The position numbers and the translations under genes are program-made. Positions 24,449-36,085 of a stretch of DNA of 55,414 nt are shown piece after piece (the stretch's first letter is position 1; every line of letters begins with the position of its first letter). The notes below the pieces were generated by a model that did not search any database, was not told the DNA's origin, and was given only the letters and a program-made list of their open reading frames with translations. The stretch is taken from positions 62,001 through 117,414 of the forward strand of contig KZ538138.1 in assembly GCA_000934665.2 (NCBI GenBank), in the 5' to 3' direction. Source of the DNA: Catajapyx aquilonaris (taxonomy: Eukaryota).

Positions 24449-24488
24449 NNNNNNNNNNNNNNNNNNNNNNNNNNNNNNNNNNNNNNNN
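24449..24488. other. Assembly gap (40 N)
   Basis: Run of N directly after a poly-C tract. Confidence 0.99.
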
Positions 24489-27035
24489 GTCTCCCTTTTT
24501 GCTCGGGGGGTTCGAGATTTATTCGCGGCTTCCCAAGAAGTGGCCTTGCCGACGTTTCGTTCCAGGAATCCTGCGGGGAAAAGAGGTTTATGTCGATTTA
24601 CCGTGAGATAGAACCGGTGCTTTGCCTCCGATCCGGACTCCCTTCGCCACTATTCGTTGGCCTTGCTTTCCTCCGCCCCCATGCCTTCCCAGCTCGCAGC
24701 TTGACGGCTTATACATGCGGATAGGTCGTCTTTGCCATCTCGACAGCTCGTTGACGATCTTGTTTGAAGTAGGATGCTCTGGTGGCAAAAAGAGAGGTTT
24801 TTTGGGGGGCCTACGTGGGCAGGGAGGTTGGTGCCACACCTTGACGTGTGTGTCTGTCGTTGACGATAGGTGTGGATAAGGTCGACGGGGCGACAAACAG
24901 GCTGCGGTGTTGCGGGGGAGAAAACACGATAAAACACGTTCCTGTTCACGACTGTACAGGACGTAACGTCATTCTGCCGGCCTGGTTTGCACTACATGCT
25001 GGCGGTTATTGACATTGACGGAGTGTGTGCGCTGGTATGGAGAATGTGATAGAAAGTGTGTTCAAGGGTTGCCCGTTCGTGGATCCCATGTGGCTACCCA
25101 GTCACATTGTTGCGTAAACTGCTATTAACAATTCAAGCGTACAGTGGTAGCGGCTACATGGAATTCCAAATTCATGAATGGTCTCGCAGCTGTATCCTGA
25201 CTGTGAGGAGCAACCCAACGGCTTCTTCTGTGCGCCAGGCTACATAGATGTAAGGGGCAACGGCCACTTGTTGAGACATCCTTACAATATGGATATCCAT
25301 CAACCGTTGACAGCTAACCTCAGATTGGTCAGGTGCTACTCACCTGGAAAGAAGTCTTGTGAGTGGCCCCAGGGCAGGACAGACAGACAAGCACAGGGAT
25401 GAGCGGCTGGGGAAGGAGATGAATGCGGTGTTTACGAGGAGTAAGGCGTGGCAATAAGGGAGTAACGAGCGAGTTAGGAGGTGAGCAGGGCCCGTGTTTG
25501 TCATCTTGGAGGATCATGAGGAGGATTAAACAGCCGCTCGGCGCACTAACCTGAATAATAATGGAGCTAATGAAAGGTGAGCCGTATAAAGAGGGAGAAA
25601 AGGGGAAGGAAAAAGGATAGGGCATGGACAGGAACATGGACAGTATACACGGCCCAGCAGTTATTGCCTGTCCTATTTCATTTGGGGATGACGAGAGGAT
25701 AAAAGGAGGCCGGATTAAGGTCCGGGAGGCGATGGATTTGTCGCCAGGGAGGCACAAACAGATGGATCAGTGGCCTGTGGGGATAACCGGCGGGGTGTTT
25801 GCCCGCAGACAATGCTGGAGGAGCCTAATTATGCCCTTGGAGGCTAAGCGTCCACTTCGTCCACTGGCGGCCTGATGAATTATGTCTTCTAACCAAACTG
25901 GCCTTGCCTTATTACGCGATAAATCGTGGGATGTGCGGTACTAGGAGCGTGAGTTAACTTTCCGGGGCTTGTTGGCTAGTTTGCGAGTATTTTCCATACA
26001 CGAGATGTGTGTCAGGATAAAAAGGGGGCATGTTGCAAAAATAGTAAACAGGGGAACATTTTTAAAGCTGACGTCGATGCTGACAGTAACACCGCCATTC
26101 ATCGTATTATTATGGAAGCTTGAATACTACAGGTAGCTATTTTTGCTGCCAGTTGTGTATCAAACTGTACGAGTCCGTTCAAAAACAGTGTCCTCTTGAG
26201 AGCATATGTCAAATTACTGTGATGTAATATTAGGCAGCTTTTTGATCAGAATGGTCTATATGCAGACGTATCGGATGAATTTGGTATAACCACCTTGACC
26301 TTCGATACAGATACTCCACTTGTTATATGCGTTCACATTGCAGCTCTACCAAGATTATATTCTGCCAGTTCTGCTTTTGCCAAATATTTTCCAGACATGA
26401 TTCTCAAGTATTTTCGCATCCCCAAAATGTCATCGTGCTTGGGACCTCCAAATATTGGCCGCCATTTTCAAATAAGTGAAAGTGCACTTACGACGTCTGG
26501 CATACAGTATAATCGAGCCTTACCCCGACCACAACTTTGCATATTTCCTGTAAACTCCCAAGTCTAGTGAAAGGAAGTTTTACGCATTGAATACGGATCC
26601 AAACCTCCTTCAGCCGAGTGATCCACATGCATCCAGATGAAAGGGCAAGCCAGCAATTTTTTTTTGAAAAGGGCCGAGTGTAGGTAAAGTCGGGTGGTCT
26701 GAATCCTAGGGAATAATGGCGGAGCGTGAATAGCGGTAAAAAGGGCCCCAGCAGGGGAGGTGAGTTAGCGTTTAGCGGGGATTGAGGCCAAAGGTGAGCA
26801 GCGTTGCTCATGAGAACGAGAGGGCTAGTGCATGCAGGATGCGTCCCAACTGCGCCCTTAATTAGCTCTCTATTTGGCTAGTGTAACTTTTTCATTCGAA
26901 TGGCTCCCTCGATGGTGGTCCAGCGCTGGCCAAGCTTAATAGCCGGTTTTTCTTCAAAATTGCTGGATGACCTACCATTGTTGTGGGTCGCAACGGTTGC
27001 TATCAAGTATGGGCGAAAAATTCGTCCAAAATATA

Positions 27036-27136
27036 CAGTCCTTTAAACCAAAGAATGAGCTGACGTCACACCAGCCGGTTGTGGGCATGCGCATTGATTT
27101 CAGAGGGACATGATTTTTCTGTGCTCAAACGGACTG
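27036..27136. mobile_element. Short deleted relative of the CAGTCCGTTAAACCAAAGAA MITE family
   Basis: TA|CAGTCCTTTAAACCAAAGAATGAGCTGACGTCACACCAGCCG...GCATGCGCA matches 34053-34107. Ends AACGGACTG, like 34198-34206. Confidence 0.7.
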
Positions 27137-27159
27137 CGTGTGTTAATAAATTATTTTAA

Positions 27160-27630
27160 CCCTTAACTACGTAGGTGGAGCCTGAGAGGCTCCAAGCACT
27201 ATTTAAACGCATGTAACTTTTTCATCGAATTTTATTTTCCCCTGTCCTTCCGTGACTTTGTCAGACAAACCTTCCTAAGCATGAAAAGGAAAGAAACAAA
27301 TTTTTAGTCCTTATTGTTTGGTTTAAAAAAATTCGTAACGAGGAACAGGTCGCTCCTGGACTCTATACTGGCTCTACCTGTGCAGGTGAAGACTGAGCGG
27401 CTCAAGCATGATGTAACCTTTTAATTAAGAATTTTTTCCTGTCGGAATATGCTGACTCAGCGTGTGATTTTTACGTTATCGGAAGCCTAATGATCTGAAC
27501 TGCACTTTCTGTATGTGAAAAGTCCAATATAACAATTTAGTTGATAAGCAGAAATTTAAATATACCGTTGGAGCCTCTCAGGCTCCACCTACGTAGTTAA
27601 AGGTGTTTCACCCACCTACGGAGTTAAGGG
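27160..27630. mobile_element. piggyBac-type MITE
   Basis: TTAA|CCCTTAACTACGTAGGTGG ... CCACCTACGGAGTTAAGGG|TTAA, giving a TTAA TSD on both sides and CCC/GGG termini. A second, longer inverted copy of the left end lies at 27568-27603. Confidence 0.92.
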
Positions 27631-30181
27631 TTAAATATTTTATATTAATTCGTGTGACCAGCTGATAGGGCAAGTTCGGTGTTCGCCTTTACTCTGGCAG
27701 GGCTTACAGCATAACATCCATTCATCGAGTTGGCTGGTGTTCCGGATGGGCGCACTCAGATTTGCAGAAGCTGCGGTTAATACTTAATCCAGCTTTCAGT
27801 AAATTTGCTTCCGTCAATCATTTTGTGGCCTCATTTAATCGGATTCGCGGATTTGCCGCCCGGGCGGTGCAAAAATCTGTAACAGCGAGAGGAAGAATAG
27901 AGTAATGAGTGGGATTCCGTGCTGTAACTCTCTCGGAAAACCATGCCAGAAAGAAGCCTCGCTGAAAAGAGGCACAGCGATTGTGACACATGCTCTGGAG
28001 TAAGACTTGGCTTTATGGTATGAGCCAAGCCCCTGTATCGCATTATTATGGGGGAAAATGGGGCGCAAATTCGGAGTGAGTCAACGCGAAACAGTGGAAA
28101 TAGTTTATGACCTGGATGAATATGGTGCTTTTGTTGCGCTTTTACGCGTTGGGTCTGAATCAGTTTTATTATTCAGTGCGCAGTTGCTTAGGAATAAATT
28201 CGCACGTTACATTTATTAGTTCAAGTACAGTGGACAGCCGGACTGGCTCCAACAGGCCGTAGAACTCGAGAGTAGGACAATCAAATTAATAAGTAGTACA
28301 AATGGCCACTTACGGCGTATTACACATTGAGCTATACATCAGAACATGTCTGCACTGAATATGTTATAAGACCACTAGCACGCACTATGTCAATATGTCT
28401 TTATTATTCCTCTTTATCTGATGCACTGCACAAAGTAATCAGTACGTGTAGTGCACATACTCAATTTCACGAATATTGCTCATGAGGCACTGTACATAAT
28501 CCCATGTTATCGCATATGCGTGTGCATTGCATATGTAAGATTGTTTACATTGTACGCTCGAAGACCTACACTGTCCTTCCCTTGGCCATAAATCATGTAC
28601 CATTTCTGTCGGAAGTTTACATTTAAAGTTTCGTATCCGGGAAAAGGAAGCGGGCTTGTTATTTAATTTGTAAAGCACGCGCGTTGACGTCACCACCTGT
28701 GACCACCTCCCCGAAAAAGAAATTCCAAGCAGGCCCTTTTGGTGAGTAGGACACGCAACTGACACCGGATGAATAGTTAGGAGGCGTTGAGACCCACTTC
28801 GGAGCCTTGATAAGGAATGGAAGGCAAAGCAAAGCCATGGGCAGGGGCAGGAACGGGCCTGGCCTCCGGGGACTTCCTGGGCGGAACTGCAAGGAAGGGC
28901 AGCTTTTCGCAACCTTAGTGTTGCAATCGATACCAAGGAGCAGCAAGTCTTACTTCCTTGCTTCTACACCAGCAGCCAGGGAGAATGACCTACATGTTTT
29001 TTTTAGACCTGACTTTTGACCTTTTGGACCCCTCCCGGACACGAAAGCAACGTGGGAGTGTCGTCGGGCGTCTAATTAACTCTGGAAGTGCTTTTATGGT
29101 GTCCCGGACAATATGGCCAAGTTTGACGGATGTTATGGGGTTGTGTTACGGGGCAACGGTGTCGGATTGAATGTGCGTAATGGGAATGGCGAAGAAATTC
29201 GATTACTGAGCCTTGTAATGTAGCGTTGAAGTTGGTCGCCTGGCTTCTGGCCTGAAACCGGTGTATTGATGTAGTCAAGATTATATGGGATCAGGTGCAT
29301 TATATGGATAGCCTCGTGTCAAAGAGACTTTGTGACATGTGCGTGTCAATAATTGAAGGGCGTACGTACAACAATGCGACATATGGGCCAGTGTGCCCAC
29401 CCATTTATAAATTTGGCGATCAGCTAGCATTACCGTGCATCTTAATTTGTTTTACGACCCATTTACTCTGTGCATGGGCTGCTGTACTGCCCACTTCAAA
29501 TATGGCCTTTAGCTGCAACCAAACGCAATGGAAAAATCCTCTTAAAGTTCAACCCGTATTTAAAAGCGTTCCACGTTACGACCCGACAAAGCTTTTGATA
29601 TCCCCCCCAAAAATGGTTCACTTACTGTTAGAAAAGACGTGCCTTCTAGATTCAGCGCCGCATATTAACGAACGAAATCCTCCGGAACAAGCTATACAGA
29701 CACACCCGTATAATGCACCACTTGATCCCTCCCGTACTGTTTCCTTCCCTCTTTTCCCTTCATCCTACCACTTTGATACCCGTTCCAATAAGTCGGCAGC
29801 TCAGCCCTTTCATTAAGGACCCATCCAGTCTCCTGGGAAGCGAAGGATCACAAGTGCACCATGGGTCGGGTAGTCTCTCCTGCAGGAATTTCAACATATC
29901 CCTGACGACCTATCTTCTTTCCTCTCGTTATCGTACTTGTGGCTAGATCAGAGTTCTCCGGGAGGAATACGAAATAATGGGATGGAATAGGAGACGGTGC
30001 TCTTTTTGCGCTGGGGTGTAAAATTAGAGGAATTCTTCGGCGAAACAGTGCAATTTTGAGGTTTGGACGACTTGAAGGGATTTCTTGGAATTGGTTTAAA
30101 TAAATTGGCTGTCTGCCCTGACTTGGACTCAGATCTGTTCTATCGATTATTATGTATAAAAAGCAGGTAGATAAATATATA

Positions 30182-30577
30182 CTGTATGTTGGAAACCTCC
30201 CTATGTTGGACACTGACGTGACGGTCCAACATAGGGAGGCAGGGGCGGATCCAGATATTTTTTGTGGGGGGGGGGCACAAGGGTATATGTTTGGGGAGGG
30301 GGCGAACAGGGCCCGCCGCAGGCGAAAATTTCTTTCGGTTCAAGGTCACAACCCTTCCTCGCGACCCCACCGCAAAATGGAAAAGAACCCATAGAACAGT
30401 GCAATTTTGCACTGTTCTAGAGGGTTTTTGCGAGTTTCCCCCCGTTTTTTTCTTTTTTTCAGTTTTTTTCCTCTAGGGGAGCTCTGAGGGGGGGCACGTG
30501 CCCCAGTGCCCCCCCCCCTAATCCGCCACTGTAGGGAGGACATTTTTCTTGAAACCGTCAGTGTCCAACATAGACAG
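30182..30577. mobile_element. Small inverted-repeat element split by a hAT MITE
   Basis: Perfect 18-bp inverted repeat CTATGTTGGACACTGACG (30201-30218)/CGTCAGTGTCCAACATAG (30556-30573), plus a 16-bp local inverted repeat 30196-30211/30224-30239. About 100 bp once the insertion is removed. Confidence 0.6.
30240..30531. mobile_element. hAT-type MITE
   Basis: TIRs CAGGGGCGGAT/ATCCGCCACTG. Perfect 8-bp TSD TAGGGAGG at 30232-30239 and 30532-30539. G/C-run subterminal motifs. Confidence 0.92.
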
Positions 30578-30623
30578 ATTTCGCTGTAATAATCTCAATG
30601 ATTGCTTCTGAATGTAACTAGTA

Positions 30624-30900
30624 CAGTGGTGGACATTAATCGCGTCATACTGCTTACGACAGTTTCAGATGCGGAAAAAGTGCAAATCGAAGTGATGCAG
30701 CCGTGCGAGTAAGAAGAGGTAGGCCTTGAGTGACTTCACCGGCTGGGGGAAAATTGAGAAAAGGCTTGTCCCCCGGCCAGTGACGTCACCCAAGGGCTAC
30801 CATTTCTTACTCGCATGACTCACACTCTATCACTTCGATTTGCACGTCTGCCGCAACTGAAATGTCGCTAGCAGTATGACGCGATTAATGTCCAACACTG
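30624..30900. mobile_element. Palindromic Tc1/mariner-type MITE
   Basis: TA|CAGTGGTGGACATTAATCGCGTCATACTGCT ... AGCAGTATGACGCGATTAATGTCCAACACTG|TA. Arms pair over most of the length. Second copy at 5446-5707. Confidence 0.92.
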
Positions 30901-33287
30901 TAACTTCCATCGCATGCACTATACTATCCAACCTTTCGAATACCTGGCCCCTTGTCGCCACACATTTTGATCGGAAGCTGAGTGTCGACCCCCCCTAGTA
31001 ACCGCTGTTGTGCTGCCATCGCAATACCGGAAGAGTATTCAAATATTGTGAAGAAGAGCTAATTGCTTCCTCAGAGACTTGTTGCTCCATTTTTCGCCCT
31101 TTTTGAGCCAGAGTATGACGATGGGGTTGGGGGGCTGGAAAGTCAGCCCCTGTGCTACAAACTTGGGACAAAAAGTGGGGAACAGAAACTCACCCTTTAA
31201 TATCGATTTCGGTGGGTACCCGGTTATAGGCGAAGAGTCGAGGGGTTGAGGAGGGGGGGGGGAGGGGTGAATGGGGTAATCTGGGTAATGTATCAGCGTT
31301 TTAATCGGCTGCCGTGTCTTGCACTATTCGTGCACTTGGCCGGCAAGGAGTTAGCGAGCCATCATATCGATTTCCATTTTGGAAGGAAGGGGGTGGTATG
31401 GTAGGATGTGGTGGCGTGTGATGCAGCCATTCCAGCTCCTTCTCCTGAAAAGCGTACCTGTGGGACATGTGTCCCAACTCGAGCAAGCCGCCTGTCCCCA
31501 TGTCCCCTCCCCCATTTCAATTAGGTGGCGTGACGGAAAGCCTGCCCCTTTGTAAACAAGGTGTCGCGCACATATACTCTTTTTTGCCCAACTTTGCAAT
31601 GCAAACCTTGCCCTACGGACCTGGCTAGACCCACCCTTTAAAGTTCCTAAATTATTCAGGTGTCGCTACTTCCAAGCGATTGCGACAATGAACATTTTTG
31701 TGGAGGGAAAATTCTTAATTTCCCGCGGGTACAAATTTTCTTGCGGTTCTAGGTGGTTCTAGGTGGTTGTTTTCCTGGAATAAAAAAAAGGGAGAGGCTG
31801 GCGTGCAGACCTGTTGACAAGAAGATTACCTGGCAACCCCACAACGCGTCCACCAATTTTCCGGAGAGATAAAACTGTGGCAAGTGGCAACCAGCTAATG
31901 GTTCGATCGTCATTTTGGTAGTTGCAGTTCGGAAGTTTCGAGAGACATTGTTGTCTCCAACCGGTCCTTTTTTTCTTCAAATAATTAAATGAATAAAAAA
32001 GTCTAGGAAGTGGATTGAGCGAGATCCTGGCCACCAATTAACGAGCTGGCAAAATCCACCCGTTTGTTTTTCCACCCGCATCAACGCAGCGATTTTGTAG
32101 TTGGGGGATGGGAGATCGATCACCAGATTAGCGATTTCGAGCACTGCGTAATCCGGCCGATGTTTGTTATGGTCACTTAGTCAAAAAATCAACCCTAATC
32201 GCCAATTACAGCTAATTGTGAGTCCGGGGTTTTTGCCAGCTGCTGAAAAGCGCTGTCATGGGCACAAGTCAGGGTGTATTATCCTGCAACAATGTGGTTC
32301 TTCCCTTCACCCCACCCCGCCCACTAGAAGGAGATCCAATCACGAGCACTTTAAATTGCGAAAATAGTTCTGAAAAGTTTTTTAGCAGAAATAATAGGAC
32401 CACCACCCCCCCTCGGTCCCCTTCCTTTATGAATAAGTGGGTCTTCCCTCCTCCATCTCCCCCATCCAAGTTGCCTTTGCTACCCCCCCTGGAAGCATCC
32501 CAGAAACTAATTCTCTTGCTAGAGTCGGAAACAATTTCCATTAAGTTTGGCTGCAAGCTCCGAATGCGTCTAATAAGCTTACACACAGAGAAGCAGGTTG
32601 CGGCGCCTGTGAAACGGAGCCGTTGTTTGGGATGTTAGTTGGCGGCAGCAGCCGGAGTTCATTAGGGGATACTTTACCGCGTGTCTACACTGGCAGAATC
32701 GAAGGTAATTGTTGCGCAAATAAATTAACCTAATCTAATGAGAGCGAGCCGCTGGCTGCTTGGCTGCCTCGATAGATGGATTCATGGCCAGAATGTGCCA
32801 GCAGTGTCGGTTGGTTTGTTGGGGATGGGTTGGGGAGGGGGGGGGGGGGTCGCTNCGCTGAATGAATAAGTGATGGCGGACCAATTGGGAGTAGGAGAAA
32901 CTCTGGGTTGGAAAAGCGTCTATTTCGAGTTTAATTGTGGCTGGACAAGTTGGTTCATGGTGGGGGGAGTTCGATATGGCGCCATCAACTGGGCATCAGA
33001 TCAATCACTTGTGGGAGTTGTGGTGTGTCGTGTCCTGTTGGGGGTACAACTGGACGAGCTCGTTGTGGTCATGCCAACCTGTCCTGTCTTATGCTCAAAC
33101 TGGAGGAGACAACCATGGGCGCAATGGCAATAAAAACAGAGTGGGTCCTTTTAAGAAATCTACCAAGTTCAAAAACCAGTTTCCAGATAATCCAATTGCT
33201 GACTCCCGCGATAGCCCCGCACCAACGCCATCTCCTGGCAAAACTCCCAACTCGCCAACAATTCTGGTGGATCCTACAGTCCTGTAA

Positions 33288-34052
33288 CCCTTTGACTCCT
33301 GAGTTTTTTTGAGTCGTTTTCTTCGCTTCTTGACCAAAATTTGTAGTAGGAGTGATATTAATGAAAAACAATATGCTCCAATATTTATTATTTTAACTCG
33401 TGGTGGTCTTTTTGAATCTAAAAATCCGAAAATATTCACCTATAGGGTGTTCCAGAAAAATTTAAAGGGCAATTAGCTTTAAACTTAAATTTATTTAAAA
33501 TTTTAAAGACACTATAAAATTGTCACTATGGTTACATAATAATACTAAAAGACTACCAGGGAGCATATACGCGTGTTCTTGCCGTGAAGTGCCATGGCCG
33601 CCAAAACCATCAAAGATGGCGGACCTTTACGGCCTGCCTGTACCCTATTTATACCTCGTTGTCGTTGGCTCGTTGCCCACACTTCAAAATGGCCGCCAGC
33701 CTTGGCAACGGCCCCAAACAGAGAGACGCGAACATCAAAGGCGCCGACAGAAGTTTGCGCCTCTTATGTAGTATATGCTCCCTGACTGTACTATGAGAAA
33801 TTCCTAAGAGTCTAGCCAGACTTATGGGACACCCTGTAATTACGCCGCATATTTACATTAACTGTGGCGTGGGGGGTTGTTTACCTATCAAAGGCGCGAG
33901 CTAAATATAGCAATCCTGCTTTGTGGGCGCTGAGTCACCATCCACTAGATGGCAGAAGGAGTTTGACCCGCAAACATTGCCTTCTGCATGCGAATACTTT
34001 TCCACCAGATTCAAAAACGCTCAGATCATCATCATGTATAGGCGTCAAAGGG
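33288..34052. mobile_element. piggyBac-type non-autonomous element
   Basis: TIRs CCCTTTGACTCCT/AGGCGTCAAAGGG (12/13). Flanked by GTAA (left, one mismatch to TTAA) and TTAA (right). Confidence 0.8.
33443..33836. mobile_element. Probable mariner-type (CAGGGTG) MITE nested in the piggyBac-type element
   Basis: TA|TAGGGTGTTCCAGAAA ... CTTATGGGACACCCTG|TA. The left TIR is imperfect, so the left boundary is uncertain. Confidence 0.55.
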
Positions 34053-35872
34053 TTAAACCAAAGAACGATCTGACGTCACAACAGCCGTTTATTATGAGCA
34101 TGCGCAGTCGTATGCTTGCAGAGCTATTCGGGGATGTGATTGGAACATTTGGAAGGAAGTTCCGGGCTGAAAGTGACGTCCGATCGTTCTTTGGTTTAAC
34201 GGACTGTAGCACGACTTAGCGCCATAGGCCATTAATGAATTTGACCCTTGGCGCTTTGGGAAAGTTTCATAACTGGATGGAAATGGAAATGCGCATGTAA
34301 AGAGAGCAGAAGGTCGATTAATGAGAAAAGTCGTATTTCCATTTTTCCGCCAGACTTGGTTAAAGTCGTGATGAGATAGAGACGAGAGCAGTGTTTCCCA
34401 GGTTTGTTTAATTCATGCCTGCACATGAACCGAAAGCGCGACGAATAATTGCTGGAATGAGTCCCGGACTCCTCTCGCTTAATTTAAGCAGGAAAGTGTT
34501 ACTGCTGCGGGGGAACAAAAAAGCAACAAGTGGGAGGGAGGGAGGGGGGGGGTGTTCCAAAAGAGAGAAAAGGAGGAGACGAGCCTTTGTCTCTTTTCCT
34601 TGGACTTGGCCGCACATGACTTGCAATTTGCACTTTGTCGGGAGAAGGAGCCAAAGAATGGGGCCAGAGGAGTCACTTAGAACGGCGGTGCTGGATATTA
34701 GATCCGATCGAGTTTATTGGCCATTTGTTGCACGCCATGTTTCAAGCTGAAGGATTTTTAAGCCAATTTGCAGTACAGTGTTTGTTTGGCTTGAAACCAT
34801 CGTAATGATGTATGGGAGGTTGCTGCATAATTGAAATGAAGCGGGGCTTATTAACCTTTCCTCCTTAGGTCATCAAAGGCACCACATTTCTCTGGAATGC
34901 GTAGTAATTAACGCAATACCCCAATAATTAATGCACAAATTACCATGCTATACCCCCACTGATGGGCTGCCCGCATTAAAAACCTGTAGACAGCGAATCA
35001 ACAAGCGCCTATCAAAATTTATTTGCATTCCCCTCCCCCCCTCAAAAAAGTGTCGTTGACACTAGTTGTGTCCAAACAGGGTGTGCCATATCACAACAAA
35101 AAATTTCCTTTTACCCCTCCATCCCTTTAAATGCACCATTTGGCCACCATTCATCCTTCAAGCCGAAAGATGGAACCAAAAAAAAAAGGTCTGTACCCTG
35201 CTAGTTTCTGAGAGCAGAGGCCACTAAATATATTGTTTCTGCATCCGACTGCTTGACGTATGCGCACATTAATGTAGCATCGGAGACGGGGGGAAGAACT
35301 AGAAAAAAAACGAAGAAGCGGACGGAATGAAAGCGCACCATCTCTTCCCTGGTAAGAGTCAGACTGGTCGTAAATTAGGACCGGAGCGAAGCGCATTGAA
35401 AACACGAGCAGTAAGATGTGCTTTCAGGAAGATGAAGCGCGTCCCACCGAGACTAGATCCGGCAATTTTTTAGATGGGGAAGGAAAAAAAAAAGAGCACA
35501 TAGGTCTGGAAATTGAGAGAGTGGTGTTGGGTTGTGCCACTGTGGAGGATTGGCTTCTTCGTGTCCATGGAGTGTGTGCGTGCAAGCATATGCATTACCT
35601 TACAGGCATCTGACCTATTACTCTGGAGCCAGCCTGACAGTCTCAGCTGGGCCTCTGTTGGGCATCCCGCAGAGATAATGGCGACTCTATTAGCCAGCCC
35701 CTTCCTTCCTTCCTTCCTTCCTTCCGGGCGCCATCCGGTGACACTCGCCTTCAGTTAACATTAGCCGCATGCACAGGTACTACTTTGCTATGTGTGAGGT
35801 AAAATGTATAGTACTGACGCTAATGGTGTTGCTTAGTCACTTATATCTACAAGATGTGCTGAGCGCCATGTA

Positions 35873-36085
35873 CAGTCGGCTCAAGGAGTATGTTACCAGA
35901 CCCCTAACCTAGAAATTAGCCTCCAACAGAGGTGCTGCCTAGGGGAGGGAGATTTATTGTATCTTTGGGAAGAACAGAGGTGCTGCTTCCCAAAGATACA
36001 ATAAATCTCACTCCCCTAGGCAGCACCTCTGTTGGAGGCTAATTTCTAGGTTAGGGGTCTGGTAACATACTCCTTGAGCCGACTG
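35873..36085. mobile_element. Near-perfect hairpin MITE, Tc1/mariner-type
   Basis: 100-bp arms (35873-35972 and 35986-36085) with one mismatch seen and a 13-nt loop. Ends TA|CAGTCGGCTCAAGG...CCTTGAGCCGACTG|TA. Confidence 0.95.

Larger units (their letters stand above)
33277..34206. mobile_element. Tc1/mariner-type MITE whose left TIR is split by a piggyBac-type insertion
   Basis: Right end GATCGTTCTTTGGTTTAACGGACTG|TA. The left end reconstructs as TA|CAGTCCTGTAA (33277-33287) joined to ACCAAAGAACGATC (from 34057) once the insertion is removed. Confidence 0.8.

Noticed and set aside
28439..29816. 165-aa and 173-aa ORFs
   Set aside because: Non-ATG starts, no domain-like features, and lengths plausible by chance. 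Part of the second overlaps a probable MITE remnant ending CACCCGTA.
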